Source: Eledone cirrhosa (Eukaryota). Taken from it: a DNA stretch of 64,000 bases. Position numbers and translations under genes: made by a program. The notes below the pieces were generated by a model. The model searched no databases, had not been told where the DNA came from, and saw only the letters and a list, made by a program, of their open reading frames with translations. Shown piece by piece: positions 15,555 through 26,532 of the stretch. The stretch lies in the NCBI GenBank assembly GCA_964016885.1, contig OZ024741.1:140306001-140370000 (forward strand), in the 5' to 3' direction. Positions within the stretch are counted from its first letter, which is position 1. Each line of letters opens with the position of its first letter.

Positions 15555-15558
<4 letters not shown>
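14420..15558 (-). pseudogene. PLE thumb/linker + GIY-YIG remnant
   Basis: Motifs as in the element entry; frameshifts and stops. Confidence 0.85.
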
Positions 15559-15588
<30 letters not shown>

Positions 15589-15592
<4 letters not shown>

Positions 15593-15803
15593 GGAAAAAG
15601 TATGACCCCGACGGCAGAGCTCAAGCCGTTTCGACGGCTATTTCTGGACTAAATGGAATTTAGTCCAGAAATAGTCGTCGTCAAAACGGCTTGAGCTCTG
15701 CCGTCGGGGTCATACTTTTTCATATTTCCCACTCTACTACCCTAAGTATTGAGTACTCTGATGCGTTATGGTCCATCTGGTTCCTACCACAATTCCTTTG
15801 TTA
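15589..15803. mobile_element. Fold-back pLTR fragment (same family as 8934-10766)
   Basis: Palindrome 15589-15726 with its axis inside HHR stem II; arm matches 8940-9075. Confidence 0.85.
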
Positions 15804-15847
15804 TATATACATATATATACACACTCACACACACACACGAACGCACG

Positions 15848-15879
<32 letters not shown>

Positions 15880-15934
15880 GACACATACACTCAGTTACAC
15901 ACTCATATATATATGTGTATATATATGTATATCT

Positions 15935-15965
<31 letters not shown>

Positions 15966-16453
15966 CATGTGATTTTATATGTGTGTAAATGTACCGCTGT
16001 GTATATGAACGTGTGTATGTTATATGTTTAAATTATTCGTAGTCATATAATTGATTGGCATATCGTGTGCAATTATCTAAATAGCAAGACAACTGTGAAA
16101 TGTAGAGAGTAACCATTTACATTTAGAGTTCAATAAATTTTCCATGTTAACTCTGGGAACACAAAGAACGTTTAAAAGACAGGATATCTTCGAAGCAATA
16201 TATATATAATTAAGTAATATATAATTGTTATTCAACAGTGCCGTCTTACGCAGTTGTGCAGACATTTGTGCAAATATATAGATTAGATATAATCTGGACA
16301 TCTATGTGTTCTGGAGATTATATAGTCATATTATGTGTATTTCTACTCATATTTTCAATATATAAATAATTCTCCCATTCATATTTATATATGTAAATGT
16401 ACATATTTATTTGCCTCATTCCCCTACACACTAAACACACATCTCCTTCCAAT

Positions 16454-16560
<107 letters not shown>

Positions 16561-17089
16561 CTCACAAAAAGCTAAGATATTTGATCAGTTACAGACGGTA
16601 CGAATATACCGAATTCTATTTGCAGCCGCCCCCATTACAAATAACATATGGGATACAATCTGTGTACAATTTCGGCGTATTCCCACGTTCAACTCTTGTC
16701 TAATTAACAACGTCATATTAGCACCCGGAGCCACGATGAATGTGATTATTATGGCTTTGATAACCTATAAATAGTATTCTCCCAGTAACAGGACATCAAG
16801 GAATGTCAATGGAAGGCATTTTTATTATCCAATTCCCTCTGTATTCCTCTATAATCCAAAATTCGTTTTGAAATTCCCCCCAATTCAGGTTTCCTCGCAG
16901 CAGTGGAACTTATTTTCGTTGCATTACTTCACGTGTTGCTGGCTGTCTGTGCTTTCAGTATAGTAGTTATTCTTTGCGTCACGCGCACGGCTAGAAACGA
17001 GGACCATCTCACGCATACTTAAACGATCTCACCCACGAAGCGATATAGAATTGGTTTTTACACTTTAGGCATGGTACAACCATTGTAAT

Positions 17090-17605
17090 GATCTTGTGTC
17101 AGGTGACGTTGACGGTTTGTAGGTCATCGTTGATCGATCCAATTTCAGCTTGCCTTCGGGAAGAGTCCACGTCCTCACCGTTTTCGACAGATGCTGTTCT
17201 GGGAGGCGCATAATGTGACCCGCAAAACGGAACCGAAGCTCCGTGACGATCTCCTACAGTGTAGGTGACCGTGTTCACCACAGAATCTCTTCGTTCCTAA
17301 CCCGATCTCTCCAGGTGAGCTTTACAATCTTTTGCAGGCACCTTTGATGGAAAGTGTTTAGACGCCTATCAATAATGGCAGCGCGTTTCTACTTTCGTGG
17401 GCATAGATTACCGGGGAAAACACATTGCTGAAGTACAGGTGACCCCAGCGAGGCGGTTAAGGTGAAGTAACATGAGCTAGATGAGTGCCAGCACCTCATG
17501 TAACTTGGCAGCATCTTGAACAATAGGTGGTGTCATTGAGTTGGATATCAACTGCAGAGTTGGAAAAGCGACCGTGGTGTCCCAACGGATGCACTCGAAT
17601 ACGTT
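17090..17605 (-). mobile_element. Degenerate RTE-clade LINE fragment with 5' inversion
   Basis: Minus strand: RLNTFHQRCLQKIVKLTWRDRVRNEEIL and RFAGHIMR. Plus strand 17470-17605: LGSI...ELDINCRVGKA. Confidence 0.7.
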
Positions 17606-17694
17606 AAACACAGCCATCAGCACGTACACAAACACACACACTCAAGCACACACACACACACATTTATATATATATATGTATATATATATATATA

Positions 17695-17996
17695 AGTATT
17701 GAAGTTTCCGTTGAAAATTGATAAGTCATAGGAGTGAAGAGTGCTCTATGTAAGTACCAGAGCAAAATTTGATGTATAATAAACAATACAATATAATTAC
17801 CTCATTATCAGAGGTTTCCCGAATAAGACGAATACGAAAAACGTCTTCATTCGTTCGTCGGACAAGGCAATTTAAAACATAGGCTATGTTTTAAATTGCC
17901 TTGTCCGACGAACGAATGAGGACGTTTTTCGTATTCGTCTTATTCGGGAAACCTCTGGTAATGAGGTAATTATATTGTATTGTTTATTATACATTA
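17695..17996. mobile_element. Fold-back HHR element
   Basis: Near-perfect palindrome 17770-17996 (axis 17883); HHR 17896-17969 ttgccttgt-CCGACGA...GAAA-cctctgg-TA-atgaggtaa; (TA)n flanks. Confidence 0.85.
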
Positions 17997-18016
17997 TATA
18001 CACACATATATATATA

Positions 18017-18087
<71 letters not shown>

Positions 18088-18144
18088 TATATATATATAT
18101 ATACATGTATACATGTATATATGTATATATATAATTAACAAATA

Positions 18145-19089
18145 GTTTATCGGTCTACATGGCTGAATACAATAAATGTAAACTGAGTTTTTCGAATATT
18201 AATAATAATATTCGATTCGTTTGCAATTATGCGAACACCCTCTTTAAGGCATGTCAGTAGAATGACCCCATCATTCTTGCTCTTGTTTTGGCATGTAAAC
18301 AGAACTGCAGCCACTAACGTTTCTGGATGATTACTCTTCATCACTACTGTATACTGCTTACCTGTCAACTGTCAGCAGTTCTGGTTACATGCCAACACAA
18401 GACTATTTTGACGAGGTTATTCTACTGACATGGCTTAGAGCGATAAACTATTTGTAAAGCGATTGACATTTTGTTAGTTATTTAAATAAAGTTATTTAAA
18501 TATCGCTCGTATACATGAAAATGACTGGCCTATGTGCTGATATGTAAATCTGGCTGATGGGTGGGTCTGCTAATATGCAGATTTGACTAATCAGGCCGTC
18601 TGCTAATATGCAAATCAGGCCGAGCAGTGACTGTTTATTTTAGAAAATATCATATATTTTCACTAGCTCTGACAGTTGGCAGGTAACTAGTATACTTTAC
18701 TGATGAAGGGTAATCACCCAGAAATATGAGTGTCTGCATTTCTGTTTATAAGCCAACACAAGACCGAGAATGATGGGGGTCATTCTACTGGCATGGCTTA
18801 CAGAGGCTGTTTGCATAATTGCGAACGAATCGAATATTATTATTAATTGTACTGGGCGGTGGATTGGAGTATCGGTAGAGTTATGGCCCTTGCCATTCTG
18901 AGTTCAAATCCATCCAAGGTTAACTTTGCCTTTCATCCTTACGGGTTCGATAAAATAAAGTACCAATAATGCACTGGGTAATTGCTGGCCTTGTGCCTAA
19001 CGTAGAAACAATTATTAATTGTACTGGGTAATTGCTGTCCTTGTGCCAAAAGTAGAAACAATGATTAATATTCGAAAAACTCAGATTAC

Positions 19090-19092
<3 letters not shown>
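18145..19092. mobile_element. Inverted pair of retrozyme-like HHR units (family of 32976-33940), with SINE insertions
   Basis: 18150-18377 is the inverse of 18668-19090; HHR core 18700-18738 CTGATGA-gggt/accc-GAAA..GTC. Confidence 0.75.
18857..19062 (+). mobile_element. Nin/Deu SINE plus a second SINE tail
   Basis: tRNA-like head, core motif; TSD-like attattaattgtactggg on both sides. Confidence 0.85.
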
Positions 19093-19169
<77 letters not shown>

Positions 19170-19264
19170 AATATGTGAATATTAGTATAATTGGAAATTC
19201 CTAAATAACCTCTATTGAAAGCATTTGCCAGTTATAAAATTCCGATATTATTATCACAACCGCA

Positions 19265-19301
19265 CTGGGTAATTGCTTGCCTTGTTCCTAACGTAGAAAC
19301 A
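19265..19301 (+). mobile_element. 5'-truncated SINE tail with 18-bp TSD
   Basis: attattat(c/t)acaaccgca at 19247-19264 and 19302-19319. Confidence 0.8.
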
Positions 19302-19426
19302 ATTATTATTACAACCGCATACACCTTATAGAGAATCTTATAATTCTCCGTGCGTAGATGGCCAGGTCTCTTATAAACAGCCAATCGATTATACAAGTTT
19401 CATTATTATTATTCTTTAAACTCTAA

Positions 19427-19642
19427 GGGTGGTCGTTTGGCAGTAGAGGTAGAGTGTCGGACGCCATTCTTTGCAGCATAGCGTTACGGCCCTTTATGAT
19501 CTAAGTACAAATCCCGCCGAAGTTACCTTTGCCTTTCATCCTTACGGGGTCGATAAAATAAAGTACCAGTCACGCACTGGGGTCGATCTAATCGACGTTC
19601 CCCTCCCCCAAAATTGCTGGCCTTGTGCCTATATAAGAAACC
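19427..19642 (+). mobile_element. Nin/Deu SINE, long-tail form
   Basis: Core motif; TSD attattctttaaac(t/a)ctaa at ~19408 and ~19643. Confidence 0.88.
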
Positions 19643-20847
19643 ATTATTCTTTAAACACTAAAGCCTATTTTGCGTGTTTTAAAGGTACCTTGTATTGAGC
19701 CTATATAATATTTCGCTTAACATTTATCTCTAAATGAACTATCAACTCATCAATCTTAAGTTTAGGAAACATACATATCTTTGAAAGAGCAGGTATGGCT
19801 ATTATAGTTCCATAGATTTGGTGGCATACAGTAAGTTTTTTTCTGTTTATTATATCTACGTGACCAGAACACCTTTTCTTGCTCGTGTGGCTCACATTAA
19901 ATCCGTTGTATTTGATATTCATATCTATAGAATTAATGGTAAGTTTAGGAAGCATTGGCGACCTTAGAACAACCATTAGAATGTGGGACCAATGATTTGT
20001 TAGTATATTTCATTTCCTATTTTGCTTACGTAATTATTACTAAATCTAATGCTTGCCATCTTTGAAGTTATAGTCTTTTAAAGAATCATATTATTAATAA
20101 GCAACTTGGGTAAATGATTCCTCTCGGATTAATACAGTTATTCTATTTTTTGTTGAATGTGTGTGTGTGTGGGGGGTGGGGTGGGGCTATAATTGGCGGA
20201 ATAGATAGAATTATACAATAATAAGCTCCAATTTCTAATAAGCTCCTGTTTTAGCATTTCATTTTCTCTGAACATCGCGTGATAGAAGCAGTTAACATCG
20301 TGGAATCATATAATGCTTTCGTAAATTTCTCTTGGGAAACAGTAAGCACCATGCTGCTAATAAGTTATCTTCAAAGAAACATTTCAAATACAAAATACTT
20401 TTACGGAAACACTGTGTATATAAAAGAGGAATCATTTGACGCACAGTACATGACAACAGCAAAGAGAAATATAAAAAGAAATTAAATAATTGTATGGCGG
20501 AAAGATATGCAACAGGTCAAAAACGGCAGCTAAAGTGTTTTCATAAGAAACTTACACACATTTTATGACATACAGTCACCTCTTCAAAGTGATAAGAAGC
20601 AATATTATAGACTAATAGGCGATATGTCAATCAAACAAGAAAAGATATGAGATTGTAAATAGAGATTTTTACCAGAGAAACATTTTTGAGTGTTTAACAT
20701 TCCCAATATAAGAATTGTCTTCAGAAATTTTCCACATTTGTGCTGTGAAATTTACTTCAATAGAAATATTCCAAAGATGAAAAAAAAATGCCTGGAGAAA
20801 TACATGTTTGCAACATAATATATATATACACATATTTATTAATCTTG

Positions 20848-20952
<105 letters not shown>

Positions 20953-21106
20953 ATATGAGTTCAAATCCCAACGCGGTCAACTTCGCCTTTAGATCTTCCC
21001 CAGTCAATACAGGGGTCGCTTCAATCGAGGCATACATTAGAAATTATTAGACACACACACGCACACAAACGCACACATATATACACACACACACACACAC
21101 ATACAT

Positions 21107-21209
<103 letters not shown>

Positions 21210-21344
21210 TGGGGTGGGTGAGCGATATCCTCTCCTGTGAAAATGGGAATAGTTTTCATTCTGTTAGAACAACCAACTTTTTCTCATTTCTCCGTTTTGG
21301 AGCAGTTCTTTCATGGTTCTTGTTGTTCTTTAGAGGTGGGCAGG

Positions 21345-21466
<122 letters not shown>

Positions 21467-21554
21467 AAGAAATAAGATTTCGCTTCTATTTCTTTTCTAT
21501 TATAAGTTGAGCCAATTTATGCAGCTTCATAAGCAGTAGCAAGCCGTGGGAGGG

Positions 21555-21598
21555 ACCGTCCTGACGAAGGCCAGTCAAGCCTGAAATACATAGATGGT
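21555..21598 (+). ncRNA. Minimal type I hammerhead ribozyme
   Basis: accgtc-CTGACGA-aggc/gcct-GAAA-taca-TA-gatggt. Confidence 0.82.
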
Positions 21599-21732
21599 TG
21601 TCCCCCTTGCTTCTGCTGGACACCACCAGAGGGCGTTGGCCCCCCGGTGTTTGCATAGCTACGGCTTCCTAAACCGTATTTCTTTAGAAATACGAAATTT
21701 CTATACATATTATATATATACATATATATATA

Positions 21733-22055
21733 CATGTAGGAGGTGAGTTTTATTGTAGTACAATAAAGCAATGCAGATATCGGATAAGTAGCGCTCTACA
21801 GTTTGTAGGACTGGAGTATAAATAATATATAAGATCAAATGATGGTTAAAAGAGTTCCATGTATTTCATTATGCGCATTTCTAAAAGATGTTGATTTCAA
21901 AAATATGTTGATTTAAAACTGAACTATTCACAAGTGTTTTTTAACCTTCATATCATGTCTCCCTATTTTATCTGACGAACACGCAAATGTCATCGCATGA
22001 TGATATTTGTTTTTGAAATGCGCATAATAAAATACATGGAACTCTTTTAACCATC
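21733..22055. mobile_element. Fold-back derivative of the pLTR of the PLE at 22725-25081
   Basis: 21733-21880 matches 22725-22870; opposite arm 21905-22055. Confidence 0.85.
21964..22034 (+). ncRNA. Type I hammerhead ribozyme
   Basis: tattttat-CTGACGA-(gcaaatgtcatc/gatgatatttgt)-GAAA-tgcgca-TA-ataaaata. Confidence 0.85.
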
Positions 22056-22060
22056 TTTTG

Positions 22061-22157
<97 letters not shown>

Positions 22158-22159
22158 TG

Positions 22160-22591
22160 TAAAGTTATATTTAAAATTGTTGGGTTACAACTAGTAAATA
22201 TTTATAACTGATATAAAACACTCGACAAATATTTGGAGTATATTTACAATATTAAATAAATGGAAAACTATATTTATAAAACCATATCTATTTCATTATA
22301 TATATTTCGGGGATATCATATTAACAATATGCTATGCCTTCATCAGACAAAATACAATATAAACAGTTTTATAGATGAATATATTCGACATACCGTAATA
22401 AACATCGACTTCATTTGAAGAGGTTTACACTAGCAGAGGTTTACACTGCTAGTGTATATTCATCTATAAAACTGTTTATATTGTATTTTGTCTGATGAAG
22501 GCATAGCATATTGTTAATATGATATCCCCGAAATATATATAATGAAATAGATATGGTTTTATAAATATAGTTTTCCATTTATTTAATATTA
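22160..22591. mobile_element. Fold-back HHR element (same family as 34439-34877)
   Basis: Arms 22249-22385 and 22455-22590; HHR 22484-22549 tattttgt-CTGATGA...GAAA-tatata-TA-atgaaata. Confidence 0.87.
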
Positions 22592-22652
22592 TATATATAT
22601 ATATATATACATATACACTGTATATATATACATATATATATATAAATATATA

Positions 22653-22700
<48 letters not shown>

Positions 22701-22850
22701 TGTGTATATATATATATATATATAATGTAGGAGGTGAGTTTTATTGTAGTACAATAAAGCAATGCAGATATCGGATAAGAAGCACTCTACAGTTTGTAGG
22801 ACTGGAGTATACATAATATAAGATCAAAAGATGGTTAAAGGAGTTCCATG

Positions 22851-22919
22851 TATTTTATTATGCGCATTTCAAAAACAAACATCATCATGCAATGATATTT
22901 GTGTTTTCATCAGATAAAA
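22851..22919 (-). ncRNA. Hammerhead ribozyme in PLE 3' pLTR
   Basis: ttttat-CTGATGA...GAAA-tgcgca-TA-ataaaa. Confidence 0.82.
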
Positions 22920-23349
22920 CAGGAGAACATGATATGAAGGCTAAAAAACACTTGTGGATAGTGCAGTTTTAAATCAACATATGAAAAGTGGTTTTAGATT
23001 GATGCGTGATATTGGGAAAAATATTTTATTTAGAGAGGGGGGGGGACAGGATGATAAAGGGGAGGAGATGAGAGGGAGAGATGGGTGATAGAGAGAAAGA
23101 GATAGTTTTTATAACTGAGAGAAGATATATTGTTTTACATAGAGAGGTTGAAAACCGTTGGAAGATAATGTATAAATTAAAAGAATTTGAAAATTAACGA
23201 AGGGAAAGATATGTACGAGGAAAAAATATTTTATTTAGGGAGGGGGGTGGAAAGGATGAAAAAAGGGGGAGGAGATGCGAGTGAAGGTGGAGAGGGAGAG
23301 ATGGGTGATAGAGAGAAAGAGATAGTTTTTATAACTGAAAAAAGATATA

Positions 23350-25081
23350 TTATATCCCATTTTAGGTGAAATTGTTGGTTATTTTCACGCAGCTGCCAAG
23401 CCTTGTCTGCAAGTGTTGTTACATAACGCTGGTTTTCATGTTTTATCGAGTGACGATGTCTATAAAGTCGTGATTTGAAGGAGGTGGTTGTAGATCCCAC
23501 ATAGTACCACTTCAGTCTATCCGATTCGATTCGATAGTACATTTGTATACGATGTTACGTTCAAGACACTGATTGTTCAACGGACACATTCCTGGTTGGA
23601 CACAGTTGCAATTATAATTTTGCGTTGTTGTATTGTCATGGATGGGTTGATGAGGTTGCTTAGGTAGGACAGGATGTTGTTTGTTGTTTTGTGATGTTAT
23701 AGCTAATGTTTTACGTGTATTGTTATGTGTTGGAAGGCGTTTATACAACCGTTTTGCGTTAAGCTTTTTTATATGTTGTTCAATATTAGGGGCGGTTGAA
23801 TATGAAAGTCGAATAGTGTTAGGGTTTAAGATTTTATTATATTTATGTGATGTTGGAAAGTGTTTTTTAACTAATCGAAAGAATTTTGAGGGTAGATTGG
23901 TTTTAATAGAGTTGTTATAGACCGGGTTGTACCAAATATACACTTTACATCGCCTTATGTTTGGTGGTGTGCGATTATTATTGTGTCTATTGCGGTAGTG
24001 TATGTATGGTGGTGATTCTGTGCTATTTCTACTCCTATGGGATTTATTTTGGGTGTTTTGGTGATCTTCGACTATATACTCTATATTATCTAGGTGTGCG
24101 GCTTTTCTAAGTGCATCATCATAATATTCGGCATGTTCTTTGAAGGTTTGTTGGTTGGACGACAGGCGGGATATTCTAAGAGAAACATTTCTAGGGATGG
24201 ATTTAATTATAGAGAGTGGATGGTTAGAACTCGTATTTACATATTTAAGGTTCTCATTTAGTTTATGGAACGGTTTAATCGTATCTGTATTGAGATTCAA
24301 AGTAACATCAAGGAAATTTACCTCTTTGAGGTTATATTCAAATGAAATATTTAATCCTAGTTCCTTAAAAAGCTTTCTGATATTTTTACGCATCCTTTCT
24401 AAATTCTGGTTATTCATATGCTTAACTAATAGGAGCGCATCATCACGGTAGATTCCACCATGGAGATCCTTGAATTTTCCTTGTAGTCTGTGGGTGATAT
24501 AAATTCCCACAAGATCTGTTACTTCCGCCGAATCATTAGAACCCATAGTAATATCAAAATTAGAAGGTCTATCTTTGCGAACCCAGTAGCTATCATCGAA
24601 TTTAACTATAGTTTTCCTCACTTCCATAATAATTTTAATTTCAGCATCCGTAAGGTCGGAATTAGCCTTAGCGAACGAAAGAGGTTCATGTAGAGTATCA
24701 GGGGAAATTGAGGAATAATATTCATCAATATCAAACTGAATAAATTTTGATTTTTTCTTATCAGTAATGTTATTAAACCATCTTATTGCTTCATGAGTGT
24801 TACCCCATAGTTTAATTTCTACTTTAACCTTACCTTGGGGGATAATTCTGTCTAGTATATATTTGCTAATTTTGCCTATATCAGATTTAGAGGGGCATAT
24901 AAGTCTAATCTTAGGGTTAGTATCGAAGTTTACCTTGTGGTCCTTCAGGTTGAAGGATGGTATAGCTGGTGTTAAGGGTTGCGTTCTATCGTCAATACAA
25001 AGTTTTTTAACAATTTCACATGCCGAGTTGTTGATGTTTTTAAGTGTAGCTTCATTAGTTTTCTTGTATTTTTTATGCAAT
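23350..25081 (-). pseudogene. PLE reverse transcriptase/endonuclease ORF, disrupted
   Basis: Open for ~520 codons. A 5-bp duplication at ~23525-23535 causes a frameshift, and the EN C-terminus is deleted after LKWDII. Confidence 0.9.
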
Positions 25082-25218
<137 letters not shown>

Positions 25219-25223
25219 ATATG

Positions 25224-25256
<33 letters not shown>

Positions 25257-25441
25257 GGGGAGAGAGAGAGAGAGAAAGAGTAAGATAGAGTGGAATTGGA
25301 AATATCAAAAAAAAAAAGATTTATAATATCTGTTTTTGTTTTTTCTTCTTTAATTCGTCAATATGACATTATTGAAGAAATGAGAGGAACTTTTTTGTTT
25401 AAAAGAAAAGGAGTTTTATAATGTATATGAAATATATATAA

Positions 25442-25489
25442 AATATAACCGGTTTCGATGTAGCAAGGAAATCCATCTTATCAAATGTT
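25442..25489 (-). ncRNA. Degenerate hammerhead motif
   Basis: aacat-TTGATAA-gatg/catc-GAAA-ccgg-TT-atatt; core mutated. Confidence 0.4.
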
Positions 25490-26116
25490 GAATATTACAA
25501 TTAAAAAGAATTAAAAACAATGAAAAATTAAAGATTTAAAATTAAGATTTGAGGCAGGTTTATTCATCTTTCTTGTTATATACAGGAAATAAATCAGATG
25601 TAGACGTTTATATAAAAACGTCTGTCACTAATACAAACAAATATTGTAATAAATAAATAAATAAATAAACGAAGCCCTACGGAAAGAGAGGCTACGATAT
25701 TCAAAATAAAGTGTTACTACAAATAGTAAAGGCGTTAGACTAAAATATGAAAAAAAGAGAAGTATAAATATTTAATTGCTTGTCACATCACATTTTTCAC
25801 TTATTCTCTTTTACTCCAGTTGTTGTATATATTTTTCACAAGTATGATTTCATTGTATATTAACTTTCCTTTTAAGTTTTTGTCTTCAATAATTTCCAAT
25901 GTAGTTTCCCCAACGTAAACTACTACAAACATAGTGAAACACTATACATCAATGCATTCGAGTAAAATCGCCCTGAGTATGGAAATAAATTGGACAGAAG
26001 TAATTGTATATATATTTCTATTTTTCTTTATAAAGTTCTGCAGTTAAACGTAGGTTTAATATAGTTTGCCCGACCAATAAATCCAGCACAGCTCAACAGG
26101 GATACTGCCAAAGTGA

Positions 26117-26235
26117 TAATTGTTTCTACTGTTGGCACAAGGCCAGCAATTACCCAGTGTATTACTGGTACTTTATTTTATCGACCCTGTAAGGATGAAA
26201 GGCAAAGTTAACCTCGGCGGGATTTGAACTCAGAA
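26117..26235 (-). mobile_element. 5'-truncated Nin/Deu SINE
   Basis: Core and tail motifs. Confidence 0.85.
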
Positions 26236-26532
26236 TGGACAGATTTACTTTTGCCGATAAGCGTTGACAGAACAGAATGTTATTGTAGTTGTTGTTGTTA
26301 TTGGTGGTGGTGGTGGTCCTGTTGCTGTTTGAAATTTTCCTTGAATTCTGCTTTTTCCCTTGTATCATGCTGAGTGTCTACCTTACAGCTGAAGCAAAAA
26401 TTGGTAATACACATTTTAAAATCAATTGTCATACAAATGATTCATAATTTTATCGCTCTGTCACGCAGTGCAGATGGATAATGCATCGGGGTACATAGTC
26501 ATCCGTTGTTGTTATTATTATTATCATTATTA

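Larger units (their letters stand above)
13560..15558 (-). mobile_element. 5'-truncated Naiad-type PLE
   Basis: FYNEALARSGH...WYNAPFN...; ORF 14420-14971 has CNCR..C, YIGATSNQFNVRFNTH and LNKRQELIISCNHR; 3'UTR with HHR; both ends in (TA)n. Confidence 0.88.
22725..25081 (-). mobile_element. 5'-truncated Naiad-type PLE (RT + GIY-YIG + HHR pLTR)
   Basis: [66 protein letters not shown]; HHR at 22851-22919; (TA)n at both ends. Confidence 0.93.

Noticed and set aside
17099-17281. 60-aa minus-strand ORF as a host exon
   Set aside because: Another frame gives RTE LINE motifs.
23505-23540. In-frame TGA as possible selenocysteine (reported in some Naiad PLEs)
   Set aside because: The stop results from a 5-bp duplication frameshift; conserved Cys codons in the Naiad-type copies I checked are TGT/TGC.
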